Notes: generated by a model not told the origin, from the letters alone. A DNA stretch of 30,932 nt from an uncultured Bacilli bacterium (GCA_947632295.1 CANROQ010000001.1:1-30932); one strand, 5' to 3'; shown: positions 16,702 through 26,052, counted from the stretch's first letter. Translations and numbers: made by a program.

Positions 16702-17365
16702 TATTTATACTTTCTTTTTTCATTTGAACATTAATATCAAATAAATCATTAATATCGATTTTTTCTTGATTTAATGCCTCAATTAACTTATATTCTTTAT
16801 TATCAATAACCGCAATGATGTCATCAACTGAAGAACAAGTCATATAATATACATATTCATTATCACGATATATTTCAATATAATCAGTAATACAAAGATC
16901 AGATTTATCAAATAAATCGATATTGCCATTGATATTACCTAAATATAAATTATCGAATTTTTTGCTATTGTATCGTTCTTTTATAGTTTCTAAATTAAAA
17001 TTCTTAGAATCTTTATAAATTAAAGAAATTTTACTATAATCAAACGAATAATTTTCATTATTTACTGTATAATTAATTTCTTTTAAATCATTAATAAGAT
17101 AAAACAAAATAGAAGCATTTTTTTCTAAATTTTTATATTCATAGTCTTCGATGTCATACGAAATATTTAAATCATTATCTTTAATTTCATAATTTTTAAT
17201 ATTTTTTCCATAATCAATTGACTTCAAAATTCTTTCTATCTTTTCATCATCAGCAAGATTGGTATTTTTTAAAATTTCTAAATTTAAATTATTATTTTTA
17301 TATACCAAAATAAACGCTAAAATTATTACTAATCCTAATAAACACATTTTAATTTTATTTTTCAT
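16682..17365 (-). CDS. Hypothetical membrane-anchored protein (DUF4825-like region, tentative)
   Basis: N-terminal TM; LNISYD...LEKNASILFYLI segment resembles my recollection of DUF4825; not verified. Confidence 0.5.
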   Translation of the reverse strand: MKNKIKMCLLGLVIILAFILVYKNNNLNLEILKNTNLADDEKIERILKSIDYGKNIKNYEIKDNDLNISYDIEDYEYKNLEKNASILFYLINDLKEINYTVNNENYSFDYSKISLIYKDSKNFNLETIKERYNSKKFDNLYLGNINGNIDLFDKSDLCITDYIEIYRDNEYVYYMTCSSVDDIIAVIDNKEYKLIEALNQEKIDINDLFDINVQMKKESINNDENIN

Positions 17366-17375
17366 AAATCACCAA

Positions 17376-17813
17376 TTATCTTTCAGCAACACAACTTATT
17401 CTTAAATCAGCATCAGGTGTTATAATTTCATAATCAAACTCTTTGCCATCATAAGTAATTTCTATTGCAATATTAGGATCAAAGTATTTATCTTTTCCTT
17501 CACAAAGCGGATTAGATAAATTAATATCAGCAGACCCATTGTTTTGTAAATCTCCAAGTGTTATTGTCGTTTTACCACCTTTATATTTTACTAAATTTTG
17601 AATAGCTGTATTAATATTAGGATGAGCTACTGCATCAGTAACGTAAGTAGCTGCACTTGACTTAATCAATTTAATTTGCGTTTGATATAAATCTTCTTTT
17701 GTATCTTTCAAACTTTTTAAAACATTTGGAATAGCAATCAGTGCAAGTAGGCCAACAATAGATATAACAGCCAATATTTCTACTAATGTAAATCCATCTT
17801 TTTTGTTATTCAT
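17376..17813 (-). CDS. Type IV pilin / pseudopilin (ComGC-like) with class III signal peptide
   Basis: KKDG/FTLVEILAVISIVGLLALIAIP: G-F cleavage site and Glu5; two Cys in the C-terminal part. Confidence 0.9.
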   Translation of the reverse strand: MNNKKDGFTLVEILAVISIVGLLALIAIPNVLKSLKDTKEDLYQTQIKLIKSSAATYVTDAVAHPNINTAIQNLVKYKGGKTTITLGDLQNNGSADINLSNPLCEGKDKYFDPNIAIEITYDGKEFDYEIITPDADLRISCVAER

Positions 17814-17875
17814 TAATATCCCTCAATTCTAAATATATTTTAACATATTTTCAAAAAAAAATAAATATAAACAAT

Positions 17876-17895
17876 AAAAACCCCTCAGGGTTTTT
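17876..17895 (-). terminator. Terminator of the 50-aa ORF
   Basis: AAAAACCC-ctca-GGGTTTTT immediately after the stop at 17898. Confidence 0.75.
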
Positions 17896-17897
17896 AT

Positions 17898-18050
17898 CTA
17901 CATCATATCTTCTAGCTTATCATTAGCTTTCTTTATGGCTTTTTTGGCAGTATTATCAACTGCTTTCATCATTGGTTTACTGTATTTTTGGTATGCTAAT
18001 ACGGCACCAGCACCCATTGCCATAAACGCAATGTCTTTTCCTAGTTTCAT
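17898..18050 (-). CDS. 50-aa small protein missed by the ORF track (MKLGKDIAFMAMGAGAVLAYQKYSKPMMKAVDNTAKKAIKKANDKLEDMM)
   Basis: GAGGTGATATT SD, ATG at 18050, TAG at 17898, terminator directly after; short hydrophobic anchor plus amphipathic helix. Confidence 0.8.
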   Translation of the reverse strand: MKLGKDIAFMAMGAGAVLAYQKYSKPMMKAVDNTAKKAIKKANDKLEDMM

Positions 18051-18134
18051 AATATCACCTCACAGCTAATCAATATGACAAATGTATGTATACTAATAAT
18101 ACATACATTATTATCATTTTCTAAAATTTAAAAA

Positions 18135-20336
18135 TTATGCTATCAAATGATCTAATAAAGTCGTTTTTCTATTATATTCACTATTATTAAACACAGCATA
18201 TCTAAAAGCTTCTTCTTCACCTAATAATATTAATTTTCTTTTTGCACGTGTAACAGCAGTATAAATTAATTTTCTATATAACATTCTTTTATGTGAATTG
18301 CTTAAAATTACAACTACCATTTCAAATTCGCTTCCTTGAGATTTATGAATACTAATCGCATAACCATGTTTAATTTGGGCAAAATCTTTTGGTACAAATT
18401 TGACAATATTTCCATAAAAATCTATATATATTTCTGTTTTTTTACTATCACTTTCACTCGCATCAATAATTTTTTTGATGTATCCAATATCACCATTATA
18501 AATATTTTCATCAGGAATGTTAACTAATTCTAAAACTTTATCATTTTCACGATAAATAACATTTCCAATTTTAATTTCTTTTTTAGTAATATCAGGAGGA
18601 TTAAATATAGATTGAAGTTCTAAATTAAGACTATCGATACCGGCTTCACCATAATACATTGGAGCCATAACTTGAAAATCATGACAATCATAATCCTTAT
18701 TTAATATTTGCTCACATAGATAATGTAAATTATTTTTTATACTTCTAGTTGGACAATTTAAAAAAGTATAATCATCTTTAGTTGTTAAAAAATCACTTAA
18801 ATCATTATCTTTTATTTCATAGGCAAGTGTATTGATATAAGAATTTTCTTTTTGACGATATAACATTTCTAAATATATAGTAGGAAAAATATTGCTCATA
18901 ATTAAATCTTTCAAGACTTGTCCGGGACCTACGCTTGGTAATTGATTGTAATCACCTACTAAAATCAATTGGATATTAGACGTTAAACCTTTTAATAAGC
19001 TATTAAAAATATTTATATCTAACATACTCACTTCATCGACAATGATTAATCTACTGTAATCTTTATTATATTCATTAACACCAAAAGAATTATTTTCTTT
19101 ATTCCATTTTAAAAAACGATGAATAGTCATAGCAGGAAAATTTGTAGAATCAGCTAGCCTTTTACTAGCTCTTCCAGTTGGCGCTAACAAAGCCACATTT
19201 TCTAACATTTTTTGATTATCATAATCATTTAGCATTTGATATAAACTAACAATAGCTTTAACAATCGTTGTTTTACCTGTTCCCGGTCCACCAGTAATTA
19301 TTGTAATATTATTTTCCAAAGAATGCCTAATTGCGTCTTTTTGTTTTTCATTATATGTGATATTATTTATTATTTCCAATTCATGTAATTTTATATCTAA
19401 ATCTTTATTTTTTATCTTTGTTTTATTATTTAATTTTTTTAAAGTATTACTGATATTTAACTCTGCATCATAAATATCTTTTATATAATATTTTTCACCA
19501 TCATTTACAATTTTTTCTTCATAATGTAGATCTTGCAAATATTGTTTTAATGTATCGACATCTATTTGAAAATGTAAAAATCCAAATAATGCTTCATACA
19601 ATTCATCAATCAAAAAATAAGTATCACCATTATTAAAAGTCAAATTATTCATAATATAAATTAACGAAGCTTTAATTCTTCTCTCATCATCACTTAAAAT
19701 ATTCATTTTTTGAGCTATTTCATCGATTTTTAAAAAGGAAATATCATCGATATCATCAATTATTTGATAAATATCATTTTCTATTTGCATAATAGTATTT
19801 TCACGATATTTATTATATATAGCTAAACTATCTTTCATAGAAAAACCAATTTCAGTTAAATAAACAATAGTTTTATGACTATCTTCATAACTAATTAAAG
19901 TATCATAAATTAATTGCCTTTTTTGTGTATTTAAACCTTTGACCAATAATAAACTCTTTTGATCTTGAATAATCAAATCTAAAGCATTTTGACCTAATTT
20001 TTCAACTATTTTAGTAGCCATTTTAACACCAATACCAGGAAATAAATCACTGGATAAAAATTCGATAATACCATCAATATCATCAGGTTTTAAACGCTCA
20101 TAATCGTGAACATTATATTGAAGACCATATTTAGGATGTTCTTTTGCCTCGCCATAAAATATATATAATTCATTTTCGTTTAATTGGTCAAAAAAGCCAG
20201 TAAAAGTTACCGTTTTCCCAACAAAATTTTCCATAATTGGTTCATTAGTTTCTTTAATTTTAAAAATTCCAACTGTATAACCTTTTTCAGTCGAAAAAAT
20301 ACTTCGCTTATAATTTCCTTTAATAAAGTTAGGCAT
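18135..20336 (-). CDS. recD2: ATP-dependent RecD-like DNA helicase
   Basis: N-terminal HPKYGLQ and HhH LFPGIG regions, Walker A GGPGTGKT, IVDEVSM, VGDYNQLPSVGPG, HKSQGSEF, YTAVTRAK. Confidence 0.95.
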   Translation of the reverse strand: MPNFIKGNYKRSIFSTEKGYTVGIFKIKETNEPIMENFVGKTVTFTGFFDQLNENELYIFYGEAKEHPKYGLQYNVHDYERLKPDDIDGIIEFLSSDLFPGIGVKMATKIVEKLGQNALDLIIQDQKSLLLVKGLNTQKRQLIYDTLISYEDSHKTIVYLTEIGFSMKDSLAIYNKYRENTIMQIENDIYQIIDDIDDISFLKIDEIAQKMNILSDDERRIKASLIYIMNNLTFNNGDTYFLIDELYEALFGFLHFQIDVDTLKQYLQDLHYEEKIVNDGEKYYIKDIYDAELNISNTLKKLNNKTKIKNKDLDIKLHELEIINNITYNEKQKDAIRHSLENNITIITGGPGTGKTTIVKAIVSLYQMLNDYDNQKMLENVALLAPTGRASKRLADSTNFPAMTIHRFLKWNKENNSFGVNEYNKDYSRLIIVDEVSMLDINIFNSLLKGLTSNIQLILVGDYNQLPSVGPGQVLKDLIMSNIFPTIYLEMLYRQKENSYINTLAYEIKDNDLSDFLTTKDDYTFLNCPTRSIKNNLHYLCEQILNKDYDCHDFQVMAPMYYGEAGIDSLNLELQSIFNPPDITKKEIKIGNVIYRENDKVLELVNIPDENIYNGDIGYIKKIIDASESDSKKTEIYIDFYGNIVKFVPKDFAQIKHGYAISIHKSQGSEFEMVVVILSNSHKRMLYRKLIYTAVTRAKRKLILLGEEEAFRYAVFNNSEYNRKTTLLDHLIA

Positions 20337-20376
20337 AAAATCACCCTATTCTATAATAGAAAAAAAATTATAATAA

Positions 20377-21024
20377 TTATAATTTTCTTCCATGTGTTAT
20401 TGATTCTTCAATTGCATCATCAACTGTTTGTTCTAATCCAGCATATTTAATTTCTTCAATACCATTTTGTCGTCTATTTTGATTAAATTCTTCAATATAT
20501 TGTTGATTAGTCTTACTATTTATTTCTTGCTCTTTCATATCAGTTTTAATTAAACTATAGGCAATACCACCCATAGTAACTATTATAAAAGCACCTGCAC
20601 CGATTATATTTAAAATCTTTTCACGTTTTTGACTATTTTTAACTCTAATATTTTCTGTTACCATATTATCTAAAAGTGATATATATTTGCTTCGACTATT
20701 AATGTTATCATTACTACTTTGAACTGGAACAGTAATTGTTTTAGTTCCAAAACTATTATTTTTTATTTGAATAGAGATAGTTGAATAAATCTTTTTATTA
20801 TTACTAAAATTAAAATGATAGTTTAAATATTCATCATTTGGATTAGTTTCTTTTATAACTGAAGAAATATTGCCATTTTTTATGGCATCACTTAAAGTAT
20901 TAATAACATCATCTTTATTATATATTTCATTTGTAAAATTTCCATCTTTACCTACTTTTTTAACAGTAGGATTTACATCCCCATCTAAAAATTTAAATAT
21001 TTCAACATTATTGTAGATTTCCAT
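20377..21024 (-). CDS. Hypothetical protein with one C-proximal TM helix
   Basis: 215-aa ORF with GGAGAT SD in operon position after mtaB; no recognised family. Confidence 0.6.
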   Translation of the reverse strand: MEIYNNVEIFKFLDGDVNPTVKKVGKDGNFTNEIYNKDDVINTLSDAIKNGNISSVIKETNPNDEYLNYHFNFSNNKKIYSTISIQIKNNSFGTKTITVPVQSSNDNINSRSKYISLLDNMVTENIRVKNSQKREKILNIIGAGAFIIVTMGGIAYSLIKTDMKEQEINSKTNQQYIEEFNQNRRQNGIEEIKYAGLEQTVDDAIEESITHGRKL

Positions 21025-21069
21025 TATTAATCATCTCCAATAAAAATATACTATTTTTTTTATTTAAAG

Positions 21070-22371
21070 TCAATTAAAGGCGTGAACCTCTTGTAAAGTA
21101 GCAAGACAATAAGGATAATCTATATCTATAATTGTTACTTCGACATCAGTATTAAGATAATCAATCGAACCTTGACATTTTATTAATAAATAATTACCAG
21201 TGTGTCCAATTAAATAACCGTCTTTATATACTTCAGGAATAAATATCATTTTTTGCGATAAAAATTTTTTCATATAGTTCATTTCTAATTCTTTAGATAA
21301 AGTCAATAATTTATTAACACGTTCTTTTTTTACATTTTCTAATATTTGATTAGGCATATTTTCAGCTTTAGTTCCTTTGCGTACAGAATATGGAAAAACA
21401 TGAATTTTTGAAAAATTTATCTCTTTTATATTAGCAATTGTTTCTTTGAAATCTTCTTCACTTTCATTTGGAAAACCAACAATAACATCAGTCGTAAGTG
21501 ATATATTTGGTCTAATTTGTCTTATTCTTGCTACTTTATCCTTAAAATACTGAATATTATATTTACGATTCATCTCTAACAATGTTTTATCGCATCCCGA
21601 TTGTAATGGAATATGTAAATGATCGACAATAATATTACTTTTACTCATGATATCTAAAACATCATCAGTTATTTCGGTAATTTCAATAGAAGAAATTCTA
21701 ACTCGTTCTACACCTTTAATTAAAATAATTTCCGATAATAAATTAGCTAAATTATAATTTTTTAAATCACTTCCATAATGTCCAGTATGAATACCAGTTA
21801 AAACAATTTCACGATGACCATTTTTAACTAAATCAGTTATTTCATTTAATACATCATTGCGATCCTTACTTCTAACATCCCCTCTAGTATAAGGAATTAT
21901 ACAATAAGAACAAAAATTATTACAACCATCTTGAATTTTAACAAAAGCTCGAGTTTTATTAAAATTATCTAATTTCATACATTCAAAATTAACTTTATTT
22001 ATATCATATATATCGATTATTTGTCGATGTAAAGTTTGATATTCTTTAATATAATCTACTAATTTTGTTTTATTTTTATTTCCTAATACAATAGAAACTC
22101 CAGGAATTTCGGCTACCTTTTGACTTTCCACTTGCGATAAACATCCTACTACAATAATTATAGATTTAGGATTTTTTCGATAAGCTTGTCTAATCATTTT
22201 AAACGATTTATTTCCAGCCGTATTCGTTACAGTACATGTGTTAATTACATAAATATCAGCTATATTATCACCAATAGTTTCTTTATATCCATTTTTTTTC
22301 AAAATAGATGACATAATACTTGATTCATAAGTATTAACTTTACAGCCTAATGTATAAATATAAAAAGTCAT
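21070..22371 (-). CDS. mtaB: tRNA t6A37 C2-methylthiotransferase
   Basis: TLGCKVNTYES, INTCTVT, radical SAM CNNFCSYC, LTGIHTGHYG, HVFPYSVRKGT; AGGAG SD supports a start at 22371. Confidence 0.93.
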   Translation of the reverse strand: MTFYIYTLGCKVNTYESSIMSSILKKNGYKETIGDNIADIYVINTCTVTNTAGNKSFKMIRQAYRKNPKSIIIVVGCLSQVESQKVAEIPGVSIVLGNKNKTKLVDYIKEYQTLHRQIIDIYDINKVNFECMKLDNFNKTRAFVKIQDGCNNFCSYCIIPYTRGDVRSKDRNDVLNEITDLVKNGHREIVLTGIHTGHYGSDLKNYNLANLLSEIILIKGVERVRISSIEITEITDDVLDIMSKSNIIVDHLHIPLQSGCDKTLLEMNRKYNIQYFKDKVARIRQIRPNISLTTDVIVGFPNESEEDFKETIANIKEINFSKIHVFPYSVRKGTKAENMPNQILENVKKERVNKLLTLSKELEMNYMKKFLSQKMIFIPEVYKDGYLIGHTGNYLLIKCQGSIDYLNTDVEVTIIDIDYPYCLATLQEVHAFN

Positions 22372-22470
22372 AATTCCACTCCTAATCAAAATCAATAACA
22401 ATTATAACATGCTTAATAGTCAGTAGTAAATATCTTAATTAAAAACTAAAAATTTTTTTACATTACATAA

Positions 22471-22500
22471 AAATAAAAGACTACTTTATAGCGTAGTCTT
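22471..22500 (-). terminator. Terminator after the DUF308 gene
   Basis: AAGACTAC/GTAGTCTT stem followed by TTATTTTT on the minus strand. Confidence 0.7.
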
Positions 22501-22529
22501 ATAATAAACTTTAAATTTCAATAAATAGA

Positions 22530-23069
22530 TTATTTTATCACATCAGGATTAATATTTTTTGGTGTTATAATATATTGAACAATTTCCATTATAGAATAAA
22601 TAATCAATACTAGACCAATTGCTTTGAATACTAAATTAGATTTTATAATTATATATAGACCACATATAATCATTAAAATAGATACACCTAATACAAATGT
22701 CCAAAGTTTTAATTTAAATTCTTTTAATTTTAAAGCATAAATTAATTTAATTATTCCAGAATATAAAATCCATGCTCCCATGATAATTCTAATTAAAAAT
22801 TCGATAGCCGAAGAACAAAAAATTATAACAATACCAACAATAATAGCCACAATGCCAACAATCAAATCACCAGTATTGTTTATATTCATTTTTTTACTCA
22901 TTCGATAATAAGAAAACATCTTTCCAATACCTAAAATAATAAATAAAGCACCAACTATATAGGTAACAAATTTTACAACTCCTTCAGAATTAGAAAATAA
23001 CAAAATCCCAACAATTAAAAATAATATGGATATTAATAAACTAGTTGTATCCTTTTTTATATTTTTCAT
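22530..23069 (-). CDS. HdeD/DUF308 family membrane protein
   Basis: Repeated GlxxIixG TM pattern, about six TM helices. Confidence 0.75.
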   Translation of the reverse strand: MKNIKKDTTSLLISILFLIVGILLFSNSEGVVKFVTYIVGALFIILGIGKMFSYYRMSKKMNINNTGDLIVGIVAIIVGIVIIFCSSAIEFLIRIIMGAWILYSGIIKLIYALKLKEFKLKLWTFVLGVSILMIICGLYIIIKSNLVFKAIGLVLIIYSIMEIVQYIITPKNINPDVIK

Positions 23070-23157
23070 CACAAACACCTCTTATCTAAATTATATTATA
23101 CTACTTATCAAATATTTTTAAAAGTATCTTAATAAAAATTATTATTTAAAAAAGATT

Positions 23158-23802
23158 TTATTCTTTTAACTTCAAACTTTTAATGTTTTCTTCATAATTA
23201 GAATTTTTAGTTATATAACTACCGACCACTACCATATCACAATTTTGACAGTATTTTATAGTTTCATCGTTAACACCACCATCAACTTCAATTATATATT
23301 TATAATTATTTTGGTTTCTTAATTCTAATAAACTATCTATTTTTTGTTTTGATGAAGGTAAAAATTGTTGACCGCCAAATCCAGGATTAACAGACATTAC
23401 TAAAACTAAATCGATAAAATCTAAAAATGGCAATAAGCAATTAACATCAGTTTCGGGTTTAATTGAAATACCCACTTTAATATTATAACTTTTAATTAAA
23501 GTAATTATTTCCATAGGATTTTTTACTGCTTCATAATGAAAAGTTATGTATTGTGGATTTAGACTAGCAAATTCATTAACGTATTTTTTAACATCTTCAA
23601 CCATTAAATGAACATCTAATTTACTTGATTTTAAAGTAGATATCTCTCTTACTTCATCAATAGTCCAAGTTTTATTTGGAACAAATTTTCCATCCATAAT
23701 ATCTAAATGGATATAATCAATTAAACAAGCATTAAGTTTTTCTATATTTTTATTTATATAGTCATCATTTTTAAATGACAAAATAGAAACAGATAATTTC
23801 AT
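23158..23802 (-). CDS. rpe: Ribulose-phosphate 3-epimerase
   Basis: HLDIMDGKFVPN, DVHLMV, LVMSVNPGFGGQ, IEVDGGVN; AGGTGA SD before ATG 23802. Confidence 0.95.
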   Translation of the reverse strand: MKLSVSILSFKNDDYINKNIEKLNACLIDYIHLDIMDGKFVPNKTWTIDEVREISTLKSSKLDVHLMVEDVKKYVNEFASLNPQYITFHYEAVKNPMEIITLIKSYNIKVGISIKPETDVNCLLPFLDFIDLVLVMSVNPGFGGQQFLPSSKQKIDSLLELRNQNNYKYIIEVDGGVNDETIKYCQNCDMVVVGSYITKNSNYEENIKSLKLKE

Positions 23803-23824
23803 GATATTCACCTATCCTAAATAT

Positions 23825-23853
23825 ATAATAACATTTTAAGTTTAAAATTTCAA
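23825..23853 (-). promoter_or_regulatory. Promoter of rpe
   Basis: Minus strand TTGAAA-17 nt-TATTAT with an extended -10 TG. Confidence 0.6.
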
Positions 23854-23954
23854 TATCAACTATAGAGGTTAAAAATGATAAAACCATAATAAATAAAAAA
23901 TTATAATACTAATATTATAATCTTTAATAAGAATTATCTTATACTCACTGTTAT

Positions 23955-24803
23955 CTATCGTAATGCCTTTATTTCTTCAATTGATAGATTAGTGTATTTA
24001 GAAATTAAGTCAACATCTACTTTTTCTTCTAACATATTTTTAGCAATATTTATAGTTTGATTTTTTTTACCTTCACTTATTCCTTGACTAAGTCCTAAAG
24101 CCTTCCCTTGATTAAATCCAGCATCTACGCCTCCTTTATAAATTGATTCATAATCCAATTTTTCATTCATCATCATTTTATATATATCTTCCATTTTTTG
24201 ATATTCCTCCTCGTTTTTATTATATATTTCCATTTTTTCTAATATTTCTTTATATTCTTCATTTTCAATTATTTCTTTTAACTTTTCTAAATTATTATTT
24301 TTAAATAAATTTATTATTTCATAATACTTTCCTTTTTTATCATTCTCATCTATTTTTGTTAAATCAAATATTTTATATTCTAATTTATTTAAAAATAAAT
24401 CGTTAGTTTCTTCTACTTTTAGGCGAATTGTTTGTTCTAACTCTTTTGACAATTCGTAATTTATTATCGCATATACTTTGATACTTTTTAAATTTGAATA
24501 ACTTTCACCTTCCTTTAGACAATGATTGGAAATTACATTACTAGAATAAAATAATAATCTTTCCTTAAAATTATGTTCATCTATATTTTGTAATTCTAAT
24601 ATAACTATTTCACCATCTATTTCTAATAATATATCAACTATTCCAGCTTTTTCTTGTTTATTATTTATAACTAATTCCGGATTTAAATATTTAATATTGT
24701 AAGCATCAACATAAAAAAATGTTTTTAATAATATCTTTAAATATTTTTCTTCAGTGAATATTCTTTTAAATAGATGATAATTCATTAAATTGTAAAATTT
24801 CAT
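23955..24803 (-). CDS. Rpn-family PD-(D/E)XK nuclease ('putative transposase')
   Basis: LFKRIF, GIVDILLE...ILELQN, RLLFY; typical C-terminal GxxxG repeats and IAKNML...ISKYTNLSIEEIKAL tail. Confidence 0.88.
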   Translation of the reverse strand: MKFYNLMNYHLFKRIFTEEKYLKILLKTFFYVDAYNIKYLNPELVINNKQEKAGIVDILLEIDGEIVILELQNIDEHNFKERLLFYSSNVISNHCLKEGESYSNLKSIKVYAIINYELSKELEQTIRLKVEETNDLFLNKLEYKIFDLTKIDENDKKGKYYEIINLFKNNNLEKLKEIIENEEYKEILEKMEIYNKNEEEYQKMEDIYKMMMNEKLDYESIYKGGVDAGFNQGKALGLSQGISEGKKNQTINIAKNMLEEKVDVDLISKYTNLSIEEIKALR

Positions 24804-24821
24804 ATATTAACTACCAGTTAA

Positions 24822-24850
24822 ATTATATAATTTATTTTTACTTTTGACAA
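24822..24850 (-). promoter_or_regulatory. Promoter of Rpn copy 2
   Basis: Minus strand TTGTCA-17 nt-TATAAT, homologous to 471-499. Confidence 0.75.
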
Positions 24851-25028
24851 GTATTTTTTACTAATTTCGACTAATGGCATTCAAGATACATAATAATATA
24901 CACTTCATTACCTCGAACTTTTTTATCTTGACTAAAACTATTCATTTTCACTATATACATACGTTTTTTCACTTTAAATTTTTATATAACATCTAAAAAT
25001 GTAAATCACTCACATCATTGGCTATCAC

Positions 25029-25052
25029 AAAAAAAAGACCATATTGGTCTTA
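25029..25052 (-). terminator. Terminator of the tcdA-rsmE operon
   Basis: AAGACCA-ata-TGGTCTT followed by a long T-run on the minus strand. Confidence 0.75.
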
Positions 25053-26051
25053 TTCTAAATTTTTTCGAAATTCTTTTAATGCGCTTAAGAAAGCATCATC
25101 TCTTTTTATTTGATCGGTTAATGGATCAAGATTCATAGTCGTCTCTAAGTCATACTCATTAGTTTTCTCTTTTTTAATCATCATATCTTTAAAATTTGGA
25201 ACTTTTGGATAATCTAATGTTGCTTGTCTTCTTCCAAATACTGGAGAAATAAAATCAGTTGTAACAAATTTTTTCTTTTTTTTAGGTTCAACATCCTCTT
25301 TAGGAATATCATTTTCAGTATCAAATGCCTCTTTAACATTATCAATACTCATCATGTCATTGACATTATCTATTAATTTTGTATAACTATCCTTCAAACT
25401 ATCAGTTGGTTCAATTTCAGTTGATTCATTTTCAAATCGTTCATCAGCTAAAATTTCAGAAGTAGTAAGTTCATTTTTTCTTTGCAATAATTCTTTATAA
25501 CTAATTATAGATTTTTCTTCTTGTTCTTGTTCAAAAATTGCCACTGCATCTTGATCTTTTTGTTCTTCTAAGTCATGTTGCATTTTCTCTAATACTAATT
25601 CTAACTCAGATTTTGGTGCTTTAGAATTTTCTATTTCCTTGTTATCTTTAGTTTCAGTTAAAATTTTTTTATCGTCATTATTATCTTCAATATTAATATT
25701 TTCCAATTCTATATTAGAAGTAATATCATCATCATTATTTTCTTCAAATGATTCAATTTGATCATCCTCTAGAATTTTTGCCATTGCCATTTTACCATCT
25801 AACTGGGAAATTTTTTCTTCGATTTCTTTATCAAATTCACCATAATAACTAGCTTTAGTTGACATTTCTTCTATATTATCTTCAAAATTATTATCATCTA
25901 CTTTTTGAAATTCAATATCTTCTTCTAGAGAAGAAACATATTTTTTATGATGTAAATACACAAATATTAAAACTACCCCAACAATTAAAAAGACAATAAT
26001 ACCATAAAACAATAAATCATTACTAATTATCATATTAAAAATTTTGCCCAT
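25050..26051 (-). CDS. Hypothetical single-TM protein with acidic low-complexity cytoplasmic region
   Basis: GGAGTGAT SD supports a start at 26051, coupled to the rsmE stop; N-terminal TM; C-terminal FISPVFG motif. Confidence 0.65.
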   Translation of the reverse strand: MGKIFNMIISNDLLFYGIIVFLIVGVVLIFVYLHHKKYVSSLEEDIEFQKVDDNNFEDNIEEMSTKASYYGEFDKEIEEKISQLDGKMAMAKILEDDQIESFEENNDDDITSNIELENINIEDNNDDKKILTETKDNKEIENSKAPKSELELVLEKMQHDLEEQKDQDAVAIFEQEQEEKSIISYKELLQRKNELTTSEILADERFENESTEIEPTDSLKDSYTKLIDNVNDMMSIDNVKEAFDTENDIPKEDVEPKKKKKFVTTDFISPVFGRRQATLDYPKVPNFKDMMIKKEKTNEYDLETTMNLDPLTDQIKRDDAFLSALKEFRKNLE

Positions 26052-26052
26052 A

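Noticed and set aside
23900-23921. ATTATAATA-ctaa-TATTATAAT hairpin as the Rpn terminator
   Set aside because: All A-T stem in very AT-rich DNA, too likely by chance to list as a feature.
23955-24803. Calling the Rpn genes IS elements
   Set aside because: No terminal inverted repeats, target duplications or DDE/HUH motifs seen; the 'transposase' label for this family is not well supported.
24860-25025. Short minus-strand ORFs upstream of Rpn copy 2
   Set aside because: Very short, no counterpart upstream of copy 1, no convincing SD-start spacing.
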